From the NCBI RefSeq assembly GCF_009834535.1, contig NC_045697.1:8000001-8064000 (forward strand): a stretch of DNA of 64,000 bases. Direction: 5' to 3'. Both the position numbers and the translations under genes were made by a program. The notes under the pieces are model-generated. The model made no database searches, was not told the origin of the DNA, and worked only from the letters and a program-made list of their open reading frames with translations. Origin of the DNA: Camelus ferus (Eukaryota). Below, piece by piece: positions 52,596 to 64,000 of this stretch; the first letter of the stretch is position 1; each line of letters begins with the position of its first letter.

Positions 52596-53799
52596 ATCCT
52601 TCTTCTTTTAATTTATAACATCTTGTAACTTGTAAATTTTACATTCGCTTTACCTCTTTCTCGCTCTCGAGTATTTCAATATAAAATCATTTGAGACAAT
52701 GTCCTTCCACAGGTTTAAACAGAGAGTGTCAGAGAACTTTAAATACTGACATATATTAGGAGACGCCAGAGATTTAATGAAAAAAGCTGAATCTTAGATT
52801 CTCCATGATTGATTACGTTCAGTTCAGCTTCTGAATCTCCTTATCTATTAAGTGGAATCACTCAATGATGCCTCCAGCATCATTGACTGAAACCGCTTAA
52901 AGTCACCCTTCTCATAGTATACAGAGTCCATATGGGAGGTTTTCACAATGTTGGTTTTCATCTGGACATGTAAGCAGGACCCAACCAAACCTCTAGATCC
53001 TGCAGATTATAAATGATATGAAAATTTTCCAGGACAAAAGGTGAAGATAATGGTGGCAAACTGATTAAGCCTTTCTCTTTTGATAACGTTACTGCACACA
53101 ATAGGAGTGATTACCATTGATTACCATGATGAACCAGAAGGGGCTCAAACTGGGGAAATATTGCAAAGCCATTGTGGGAGCAAAGCAGTAACCCAATTTC
53201 TTTGAGTCTTGGTTAAAAGTCTGCCCATTTGAAGTCATTTTGAGATTTTGTCTTTCTTTTGTAATGGGTGACTTTATCTGAATAACGCATTTTCAGGAGT
53301 TACTGTTCATCCAATGAAAACCTCATCTTCTCTCTAGTTGCCCCATAAACTAAGGCCCAGTAGTACTAGTAAGAGTATTCTGGGCTGTTAATAAAAAGTG
53401 GCTCTTACCTGGTGGTCGAAGATCTCATCATTTGGTAGACTGTAGACATACCTCCTTTTTTTTTTTCCTGTCAGTTCTATATACACGTTTTAATGGGCTG
53501 GGCCAAACACATCCATATCTATCCCAAGGGGAAAATGCTACATCTCTTTCATGTGAAGATGTGACTGCATGTGTAAAATGCTTGCACTGAAATTAAGTCT
53601 TCCATCTTCCAGATTTTCTCAATTATTAACACACCAGACAGCTGCAGGAGTTCAAACAAAAATAGCAGCCAAGTTTTTCCAAAAGTCAAAGCAGCCATGA
53701 GATGTCTGCATGGGGACTCTAGGTACATTAGGTAGTTCTTGTGTTCTAACTCGTGTTTTCTCCACCCACATTTTTATTACAGCCATTGCTATGATAATT

Positions 53800-54205
53800 A
53801 ATTGCAAATAGGTATAACCCTATGCCACTTCCCCTTTGTTGCAGCAAACATCTCCTGCTACCTCATAAGTTACTTGTGACAGTCAGCACTGCCATTCTGA
53901 ACACATGGACAAACTTGGGATTATGATGGAGTTACTACTCTACTGGGCAACTCTTGAACAATGGGCGATTGGAGCAAATGGATAAATACAACTCTTTTGT
54001 GTCCCTCAAGTGGACAAGTTTGAGGAGCATGCCACATGGTGTAATGGTTTCCTAGCAGAATTTATCCCAAGTGATCCACAAAAGTGACCATTCCAATTAC
54101 ACAATGTAGGCTATTCTTTCTTCTCTGTTTTATTTTCCCTACGCTCCCATCCTGATCCTTGAGATAACTTCCCAAAATAAACAATATGATACAAGTCTGC
54201 CTGAA
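53800..54205 (+). mobile_element. LTR16-family LTR, left part (interrupted by L1)
   Basis: atggataaatacaactc..cctcaagtggacaagtttgaggagcatg..ataacttcccaaaataaacaat; terminal part found at 59856-59895. Confidence 0.7.
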
Positions 54206-54211
54206 TTCACC

Positions 54212-57200
54212 TTTTTAATTGAAGTGTAGTTGACATACCATGCTATGTTAATCTCAGGTGTAAAATATAGTAATTCAACTTTTGTATGCATTATCAGTTA
54301 ACCACTGTGGTAAGTCTAGTAACCGTCTGTAACCATACAAAGTTACTGCAGTAATCTTGACTATATTCTCCATGTTGTACATTACAAATGCCCTAGTGAT
54401 TTATTTGTTGTATAACTGAAAGTTTGTACCTCTTAATCCCCTTCATCTATTTTCCCAACCCCAACCCTCTTTCCCTCTGTCAATCACCAGTTTGTCCTTT
54501 GTATCTATGAGTCTCTTTCTGTTTTGTTTTGTTTTTTGTGTTCATTTGTTGTAAGCTAAATCATATGTTATTTGTCTTTCTCTTATGTATTTCATTTGGC
54601 ATAATACCCTCCAAGTCCATCCACATAATCACAAATAGTAAGATTTCATTATTTTTATGGTTGAATAATATTTCATTATATATACATCTTTTATATCTCT
54701 TCAACTGTCAACACATATTTAGGTTCCTTCCATATCTTGGCTATTGTAAATAATGTTGCAATGAACATGGGGGGGGTGGTATATATTTTCAAATATGTGT
54801 TTTTGTGGGGGGTTTTTAAAAATACCCAGAAGTAAAATTATATGGTAGTTCTATTTTTTTAATCTTTTGAGGAACATCCATAGAGTTTTCATACTGGTTG
54901 CACCAATTTACATTCTAACTAACTGTGTGCAGGGGTTCCTTTTTCTATACATCCTAACCGACACTGAATTTGTTTTCTTTTTGGTCATAGCCACCCCCAC
55001 AGGTGTGAGGTGATTGTATACTGTGGTTTTGGTTTGCAGTTCCCTAATGAGGAGTGTTGTTGTGCATCTTATCAGCATGTATGTTGGGCATCTGTATGTC
55101 TTCTTTGGGAAAATGTCTATTCCAGACCTCTGCTCATTTTTTAATTAGATTGTTTTTTATGTTGAGTTGTTTCAGTTCTTTACATTAACCCTTTATCAGA
55201 TATATCATTTGCAAATATATTCTTCCACTCAGTAGGTTACCTTTCCATTTTGTTGATAGTTTCTTTTGCACAAAATTTTTTTTTTCAGTTTGATGGAATC
55301 TCATTTCTTTATTTTTGTTTTTGTTGCAGTTGCCTGAGGACACAGATACAAAAAAAATATATTGCCAAGAACCGTATCAAAGAGCACACTGCTGATGTTT
55401 TCTTCTAGCAGTTTTATAGTTTGGGGTCTATGATTTAAGTCCCTGATTCATTTTGAGTTTATGTTTACATGTGGTGTAAGAAAGTGGTCTAGTTTATTCT
55501 TTTACATGCAGCTGTCCAGTTTTTCCAATACCACTTACTAAAGAGACTGATTTTTCCTTACTACAATTTCTTGACTCCTTTATCATAAAAAAATTGACTA
55601 TCTAAGTACAGGTTTATTTCTAGGCTTTACATTCTATTCCATTGCTCTATGTGTCTGTTTTTGTGCCAGAACCATGCAGTTTTGATAACTGCAGCATTGT
55701 AGTATAGTTTGAAATCAGGGCACATGATACCTCCAGCTTTGTTCTCATTTATTGAGATTGCTTTGGATAGTCTAGGTCTTTTGTGGTTTCATACAAATTT
55801 TAGAATTACTTTTCCAATTCTGTAAAAAATGCCATTTGTATTTTGATTGAGATTACATTAAATCTGAAGATTGCTTTGGGTAGTATGGATATTTAACTGT
55901 TAATTCTTCCAATCCATAAGCACATTATCTTTTCATTTATTTATGTCATCTTTAATTTCTGTCGAGTGCAGTTTGCTAATAATCTGTTGAGGATTTTTAC
56001 ACCTATGTTCATCAGGGATATTGGCCTGTATTTCTTTTCTTTTCTTTTTCTCTTTGTAGTGTATTTATTGGTTTTGGGTATCAGAGTAATGCTGGCCTAA
56101 TAGAATGAGTTTGAAAATGTTCCTTCCTCTTCAATTTTTTTGAAATAGTTTGAGAAGAGTAGATATTAACTCTTCTTTAAATGTTTGGTATAAGTTACCT
56201 GTGAAGTCATCTGTTACTGGACCTCTGTTTTTAGAAGGTTTTTTTTTTTAATTACTGGTTCAGTTTTATTACTGGTAATTCATCCATTTATATTATCTAT
56301 TTCTTCCCAAGTCTTGGAAGAGTGTATGCTTCTAAGAATTTATCCATTTCCTCTAGGTTGTCCAATTTGTTGGTTTACAATTGTTCATTCTCTTATGACA
56401 CTTTATATTTTCTGTAGTGTCATTTGTAACTTGTCTTCTTTCATTTCTGATTTTATTTATTTGTGCCCTCTTTTTTTTCCTTGATGAGTGGCTAAAGGCT
56501 TATCAATTGTGTTTATCTTTTCAAAGAACCAACTCTTAATTTTATTGATATTTCCTATTGTTTTTCTAGTCTCAATTTTATTTCCCCTCTTATCTTTCTT
56601 TTTTTCTATTAACTTTGGGCTTTGTTTGTTTTTTGTTTTTTTGGTTTTTTTTAGTTCTTTTATGTATAAGATTAGATTGTTTATTTGAGAATGTTTCTTG
56701 TTTCCTGAGGTAGGCCTGTATTGCTATAAACTCCCTCTTAGAACTGCTTTTGTTGTGTCCTATAGATACTTGGAACATTGTATGTTAATTTGTCTCAAGG
56801 TGGTTTTTTTTTTAATTTCTTCTTTGATTTCTTCATTGGCCCACGGGTTACTTATTAGCATGTTGGTTAACCTCCATGAGTTTGCGTGTATGTTTTGAAT
56901 TTTCTTGTTGTAATTGATTTCTAGTTTCATACCATTGTGTTTGGAAAAGATGCTTGATGTGCTTTCTATCTTGTTAATTTTACTGACGCTTGTTTTGTAA
57001 TCTATCTTGGATGCCTATTCTGGCCTAGCCCACAATCTATCCTGGAGAATGTTCCATGTGCACTTGACAATAATGTGCATTCTGCTGTTTTGGGTTTGTA
57101 AATTTCATATATAATTTTTAAGTCCATCTTGTCTGTGTCAATTAAGGCCAATGAAATTGTTTTCCTTATTGATCTTCTATTGATCTGGGTTATCTATAAA

Positions 57201-59855
57201 TTTATGTAAGTGGGTGTTAAAGTTCTAAATATTGTATTACTGTCTTTCTCTCCCTTTATGTCTGTTAATATTTGTTTTGTATATTTAGGTTCTTCTATGC
57301 TGGGTGCATATATATTTACAATTATATTCTCTTGTTGGATTGATACCTGTATTATTATGTAATGCCTGTCTTTGTTTCTTGTTATAGGTTTTGTTTTAAA
57401 GTTCATTTTGCCTGATATAAGTATTGTTACCTCAATTTTCTTCTTGTTTCCATGTGCTTGGAATATCTTTGTCATTCATTCACTTTCAGTCTGTGTGTCT
57501 TTAGATTTGAAGTGAGTCTCTTATAGGCAATAAATATATATACGGATTTTTTAAAAATCTGTTCAGTGATCCTATGTCTTTTGATTCAAGGATTTAGTCC
57601 ATTTACTCTAACGTAATTATCAACAGGAATGTACTTACTGCCTTTTTTTTACTTGTGTTCTGTTTGTGTAGTTCTTCTGTGTTCCTTTTTTCTTCTCTTT
57701 CCTTGTGAATTGATGACTCTAGTGTTATGTTCATATTCTTTTCTATTTTTTGTGTATCTATCTGTTTTAGGTTTTCAGTTTGTGGTTTTTATGAAGTTCA
57801 TATATAACAACCTATATATATAAGACATCATATTTTATGTTTTTATTTTGTATGTCACTTAACTAGTTTTTTACATAAATATTATTATACTACTTTTGTC
57901 TTTTAACCCTCATACAAGCTTTATAGATGTTCCACTACCTTTATTGTATGTTTTTCCTTTACCAGTAGATTTTTGCTCTTATAATTTTCTTGTTTCTAGT
58001 GTAGCTTTTTATTTTCCATTTAAAGAAGTCCCTTTAACATTTCTTGTAAGGCTGGATTAGTGTCAGTGAACTCTTTTAGCTTATACTTGCCTGGAAAACT
58101 ATTTATCTCTCCTTTAATTCTGAATAATAACCTTGTTAGGTAGAGCATTTTTTGTTATAAGAAGTTTTTTTTTTCTTTTGGCACTTTGAATATATTGTGC
58201 CAGTCCCTTCTGTCCTATACAGTTTCTGCTGAAAAAATCAGCTAATTGTCATAGGGATTCCCGAATTTGTAAACAATTGTCTTTCTCTGGCTGCTTTTAA
58301 GATTCCTTCTTTATCTTTAACTTTTAACATTTTGATTATAATGTGTATTGGTGTGGGTCTGTTTGAGTTTATCTTATTTGGGACACTGTGCTTCCTGGAC
58401 TTGTATGTTTCCTTCATCAGGTTAAGAAAACTTTCAGCCATTATTTTTTCAGATAGGTGTTCTGTTCCTTTCTCTCATGTGCTTCCCCTTCTGGCATCCC
58501 TAAAATATGAATGTTAGTATACTTGATGTTGTTCCAGAGGTCTCTTAAACTATCCTCATTTTTGTAAATTTGTTTTTATTCTTACTGCATCAGTTGCAGC
58601 ACTTCTGCTACCCTGCCTTTGAGGTCACTGATTCATTCTGCATCTTCTAATCTGTCATTGATTCATTCTAGTGTACCCTTCATTTCAGTTGTATTCTTAG
58701 TTCTGATTGGTTATTTTTTATATTTACTATCTTTTTGTTGAAGCATTCACTGCATTCTTCCAATCACCCCCTCAGTTCAGTGAACATCTTTAGGACTATT
58801 ATTCCAAACCCTTTATCTGGTAAACACCTATATTTTTTAGTTTTTTCCTAAGGTTTTGTCTTTTTTTTTTTTTTTTTTTTTTTTAAATGTGGAAGCTACA
58901 CCTTTGTCTCCTCAGTTTGCCAAACTCTTTTTATTTGTTTCTGTGTATTGGTATATCAGCTATGTTTCCCAGTCTAGAAAAAGTGGTCTTACATAAAAGG
59001 TATCTTGTGGGGCCTGGTGGCACCATCTCCCCTGGTCCCTGAGGCCAAGTGCTCCAGGGATACCTCTTTGTGGGCTGCATGTGCCCTCCTGTGGTGGTTG
59101 GCTGATGATTGTTGTAGGCATGCTGGTGGGCTGGGCAGGCCCTGGCCCAGCTGTCTGCATGATTCAACCATGGCTATTGCAGATGCATTGGTGGATGGCG
59201 ACAGTGTCCACCCTATAAATCTTGGCTGCAACTGTTAGCTGAAGGATATTTAAAAACAGAAGAAAAGAAAAGACATGACACTCACCAGAACTTCCATCCC
59301 CAGAGAAAGTTCTGTTAGATCCCTGCCTCTCTGGCACATGTCATAAAATTAGTCAATGAATCTCAATCTCATATGACTCGGGTGTTCTTCTTGGTGCTGA
59401 CTCTGCTTTGGAACTTGGAGTGGGTGAGCTTCCGTGCAAATCCTGCAACAGCAGGTTCTCAGTTTCCCACAGTCTTCTGCCCACCCCCCATGAGCCCTGA
59501 TGGCTTTCAGAGCCAGATGTTATGGAACTTGTCTTCCCAGTGAAGGTCCCTGGGGTGGGGACCCTGATATGGGGCTTAGACCCCTTGTTCCTCAGGGGAG
59601 ATCTCTGCAGCTGTAATATTCTCCCTTCTTGTGGGTCTCCATATCGGGAGCATGGGTTCTGACTAGACTGCATCTCTGCCCCTTCTCCCACCTCCATGTG
59701 GCCTTTTAAAAATATCCTTTGTTGTAGAAAATCTGACCTTCTAGACTTCAGGTCATTCTTAGAGATATTTGTTCTATATGTATTTGTAGTTTGGGTGTGT
59801 CTGTGGGAAAAGGTGAGTTTATAGTCTTCCTACTCAATCACTGACCTGGACTCTC
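54212..59855 (-). mobile_element. Near full-length inactive L1 (5' UTR, ORF1, inter-ORF spacer, ORF2 with internal deletion, 3' UTR)
   Basis: 5' UTR 59855-58915; ORF1 remnant about 58914-58020 (RPTPIHIIIKMLKVKDKEGILKAARE, ends MLKGLL*); ORF2 from about 57643 (IVNIYAPS..KQILTDIKGEKDSNTI; REFIAIQAYLRKQE); 3' end tttttaattgaagtgtagttgacata. Confidence 0.95.
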
Positions 59856-59895
59856 AGGCTCTGAGATTCTGCTTTTTGAGGAATATTAACTAACA
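59856..59895 (+). mobile_element. LTR16 3' terminus (right part of the element split by L1)
   Basis: aggctctgagattctgctttttgaggaatattaactaaca resembles LTR16 end caggctctgcttctggggaacccaaactaagaca. Confidence 0.55.
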
Positions 59896-60552
59896 CTAGG
59901 TTCTAGAACTCATGAGAGGAAAAAATTAAAGTGGAATCTAGAAACACCTGAATAAAGGAATCTGATATGGTCAAAAACAGATTTGGGATGGTGGTCAGTC
60001 CAGAAGTTCAATATACATTATAATGAAAAGTTTTACATTACTTAGACTGAATTTAATGTCCAAGGATGCCCAATAGCATGGGCAGGTGCAGATATACTGA
60101 ATAGGGAGTTCTTGGTGGAAAGGATGTATCATTTCATGGAGGTGGTGATGAGGTGTTTCTCAGAGGTCATCCTATTTTCAAATGAACATCTAGCTAGGCA
60201 TGAAAATCATAAAGCTGTCAGAAAGGAGAATGGAATGGTGGCTAGGGCTGTGAAGAGCCCCATTCCCTTGCATCAGGCAGGGCTCTTAGAGTAAGAAACA
60301 TGACAGGACTGTCAAACATGCTTGAAGTCACCCAAGTAAATGAAGACACATAAGTCATAATTGTATACACGCTGTAAAATCATAAAATGACAGAGAAAGA
60401 TAATCAAGATAGAAAATAAAAGTAACAGACAAGTATAAACGGCATGGTTTAGCTCATATCTTGATGGAACTTTGCTGTCATTATTTCATAGAGATGTCCA
60501 CCACAGTCACAGTCAAACAATAGGACCCCTCCTTCCAAGAATTCTAAATTTT

Positions 60553-60578
60553 ATGTGTGTGTGTGTGTGTGTATGTGT

Positions 60579-60643
<65 letters not shown>
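60553..60643. repeat. Compound microsatellite (TG)n followed by (TA)n
   Basis: Directly visible; TG run with two TA interruptions to 60620, then AT run to 60643. Confidence 0.98.
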
Positions 60644-60644
<1 letters not shown>

Positions 60645-61152
60645 GACTTCTGTATCAGTCACTGAGAATATTGAGACCTAGTTTCCTGGAGATGATTCCA
60701 AACTATGAAAGATGCCGATTCTCAGCCAAGCAGCTTGGGGTGTAGGGCAGTGCCAGTGGGAAACCAGACTACTAAGCAGGACCCAAGACAGAAGCCCCCT
60801 TGGATAGAGTGGTGCACAGTTTGGGAGACGGCAATTCAATGGGTGAAGTATTTACCCAAGGCAAACCAGACAATGAACCTGTGACAACATAGAGTCATAG
60901 ATCTCATGAGCTATATGGGAAAAATGATGCTGAGACGTAAACTATTGTGTCCAAGACTTCTCATGATCTGTGTGATGGAGGGAGGGCAGTAAGGGGTCAC
61001 AGCACCTGCTTAATAAAGTTGGGGAGGTCAGGGCCTGAGGACACTCAGCCAGCGTCACAGCTGTACACACCAACAGTGCACAGCATGAGTCTGTTAGAAA
61101 GATGTCTGCCATCCACCACATCACTGAGCAGTCATCCTTTAAGGAACAAGGG

Positions 61153-61361
61153 CAGTGATTCTCCATTTGTGGTGATTCTGTCCCCAAGAAGACACTTGAC
61201 AATGTCTGAAAACATTTCTGATTGCCACAACTACAAAGGTTGCCCCTGGCCTCTCTTGAGCAGAGAACAGAGATACTGATAAACATCACACAGCATCCTG
61301 CAGCCCCCATAACGAAATTCATCTGACCCTATATCAATAGCGCTGAGGCTGAGAAATCCTT
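61153..61361 (+). mobile_element. MER20 DNA transposon MITE
   Basis: cagtgattctcca..gacacttgacaatgtctgaaaacatttctgattgccacaact..tcaatagcgctgaggctgagaaatcct. Confidence 0.9.
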
Positions 61362-61983
61362 ACTGGGGCAATGTTGACAAGCTTCTCAGAAATTCTCAGT
61401 GAGCAAGAGAAAAGGGACTCTCTACATAAAGAGAGGCAGGGAGGGAGTTATCCTTCACAGGCACCTGCTGTGTGAGGTCCCTTCAGCCTCACAAGTGAGA
61501 GTCCGTGACGACATCACTTTAGAGAAAAGGAAATAGAGTTTCAGGAAGAGAAGCAACTACCCAACAAATAACTCATTTTATCTGGGACTTAAATCTTTTA
61601 GGTACAAGACTCAACGCTGAGATGCCACTAGGGAAAAATGCATATTATGTTTTCTAGTTTCAAGTTAGAAATCATTTTCATTGATCACTTATAATTTTTA
61701 CCAAGGCAGGAAAATGTCACTGTGCTCATGACTGACTTTGTGTGTCAATAATTTTAGTCTGATTTTGGTCATTTTTAATAAATGTAGACATCATGCTATT
61801 AGCATGCTTGTTTAAACAAAGTTTATTTAACACTGAAATATGAGGAATAGCCTTATCAGAGAGGTAGGATTATAGGCTACTTTTATGACTATCTAATATT
61901 TTTTCTGAATTTTGCAACTTTTTTACAGTAAGCAAACATTTAAAACTGTAAAGTTGCCAAATAGGTATATTTTAATGTGATTT

Positions 61984-62005
61984 TATATATATATATATAT
62001 ATATA
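61984..62005. repeat. (TA)n microsatellite
   Basis: Directly visible. Confidence 0.9.
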
Positions 62006-62993
62006 CACATGTATATGTATATAATTATTTGAAGAAATAGAGTCAGTTGCATGTAAGATAGAGTCTCATTTATTTTGGGATTATGTAGATTTGTTGGCCA
62101 TGAAATCTAATGTTCAATTTCACTGAATATCACAAACGTTTCCTTATATGTTACATAAAATGGAGGGGGTGGGGGAGAAAACAGGGCACACAGTTTTTGC
62201 CTCCAAGGAACTTGCAAAATATGTTTTGTCCAAACAATGCAAATATTTGGAGTGCTTTATCTTCAGAACTGCCCGTGAAGTTTCTATGCATAATCCCTCA
62301 GCCAATTATAATTCCAACTTTTCCACAAATATTTTATCCACCATTATGAGGTGTAGTATCCACTCCCGTAGCACCTTGCTGGAATTTCTGATGTAACATT
62401 CTAGCTGCCTCATTATCAGTCTCCTTCCCAAAATTATGAGTCTCAAAGGCAGGTTTTTATGCTTATTCAAATATATATTCCCTTATCACCTAATGCAATG
62501 TCTTGAACCTAGTAGAAAGTCAACAAATGCTTGCTTAGTTAAAATAATTCCAGCCCTGAGGCCAAGTGCTCACAAATTTCCTTAATCTCAGAGAAGGGAC
62601 AGGTGTGGGGGTGTTGCAAAGAGTGCCTGTGCTTAGCAGGCATGTTTATGTTCGGGGTTAGTGGCCTCTACTTTCAATTTACCTGATTTTTCTACAGCAT
62701 CAACTTTTTTTCTTAAATAATTCCTTGTTTGCATTCGAAGATCAAAACTCTTTCAATCTGAAGCCTTGCCTACACACACATTTATGAGCTGTACTCACAA
62801 AATGCTCAGGAACATTAAAATTTCCTGACATGAAAAATGTGTGGCACCACAAGGTTTTTAAGACGCATCAGGTAAATAAATACGTAGCTCACTGGCAGAG
62901 CAGTGCTAGATGGCGGGTTAGACGTCTGTGACCCAAAGTTTAACAGGGCATCCGACAGGTGTGAATAAAATCCATAGGAACAATGAGTGAAGC

Positions 62994-63007
62994 CTGCCAT
63001 CTACAGG
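62994..63007 (-). promoter_or_regulatory. Candidate CTCF binding motif
   Basis: Minus strand CCTGTAGATGGCAG matches 13/14 positions of the core CCASYAGRKGGCRS. Confidence 0.45.
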
Positions 63008-63534
63008 CCCCCAGGTGTATCACCACGTTAAGTGTCAGACTTTGAATCCAAGAAGGTGTAATAAGTTTTGGGTAATACTTGGTGATGGGCTCTCAAAGAG
63101 ACAATTCTGTGCTGAATTATTTGGAGCAAGTCCTTCAAGGTAAGTATATAATAAAGTGCAGTGCTCCCCTCCACTTGGTTCCCTGCGAAATCATTACTTT
63201 ACAAAATTGAGGATGACAAACTTTGTGTGCCTCCCTCTTTCACTTTCATCATGATGCTCTGCTCCTTTCTGACTTGTAATTATCTCTACATATTTCTATC
63301 TTCCTAGGAGTTGGTTAATTCCTACAGTTCAGGGGACCCTTAAATTCATCTCGGTTTGTCCTCTTGCCTGGCCCAGTGTCTCACATGTGCAGATATTCCA
63401 CAAAGATCTGAGGCGTAAATGACTCAGGGGATGAATAAATAGATGAATGAAAAAATGAATCAATAAACGTATTATTTTTTGGTCTGCTTGTTCCAAATTA
63501 CATAAAAATTTGTGAATAAAAAATTGTGACTTAA

Positions 63535-63655
63535 TATATACGAACACATAGAGGTCTATGTATAAATATGAATATATGGATGTGTACACATATGTGTGTA
63601 TATATACATATATATATACATATACACACACATGTACAAATCTCTGTGTGTATAG
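63535..63655. repeat. Low-complexity TA/CA/TG tract
   Basis: Directly visible alternating purine-pyrimidine sequence. Confidence 0.8.
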
Positions 63656-64000
63656 TCAGTTGTTTTGCAACTTGTCATAAATCAAGGTTTAAACTTTTTA
63701 TTAAAATCCTGATCCTTATATTTAAGATCCTATAAATTCAAATTTAGGGTCTTGGCTATGTTATTTTATCAGACAGAATGTTCTGACAGATTCATTTTAT
63801 TTATAAAGCAAACATGGTGCAGGGAACATAGTTATTGCTTCTCATTTATTTCGCCCTTTCTTCACTTGACTAGACAGCTCTAGTCAGAGGAAATGAGAGC
63901 CAAGGAAAAATGTTCAGATTATTATGGAGATTGAATAAAAAAGAAGGTGAAGAAGTAAGATAAATATTGTTTCTCCTAAGAGAACTGATTTCTCTTTCCA

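Noticed and set aside
57194..58441. L1 ORF1/ORF2 peptides as functional CDS
   Set aside because: Short fragments broken by stops and frameshifts, with mutated start codons; reported as part of a dead L1.
9345..61361. Three MER20 copies as a coordinated system
   Set aside because: MER20 is an abundant eutherian repeat; the copies are independently diverged with no recognisable TSDs or shared context.

Overview
AT-rich, CpG-depleted mammalian non-coding DNA (intergenic or deep intronic). I find no supportable protein-coding gene, RNA gene or CRISPR array. The supplied ORFs are either chance ORFs or decayed LINE-1/ERV fragments. A large part of the window is fossil transposable element: ancient eutherian L2, MIR, MER20/MER5A, MLT1, LTR16/LTR33 and L1M, plus younger cetartiodactyl-type L1s. 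The young L1 3' UTRs resemble camelid L1 as I recall it, and I saw no Alu, B1/B2, Bov-tA/BovB, PRE-1 or Can-SINE, so a camelid source is my inference. All family names come from remembered consensus sequences, not a database search, and ancient repeat boundaries are approximate. The most notable structures are: (1) an ERVL remnant whose segments appear circularly permuted (44.4-46.0 kb); (2) a near full-length L1 lacking its RT core and splitting an LTR16 (54.2-59.9 kb); (3) a nested TE stack containing an orphan L1 5' UTR with an expanded repeat array (12.8-19.3 kb); (4) a well-preserved solo ERV1-type LTR (30.4-31.0 kb); (5) a convergent CTCF-like motif pair near 62.9-63.0 kb. I could not find convincing evidence for a new biological system.
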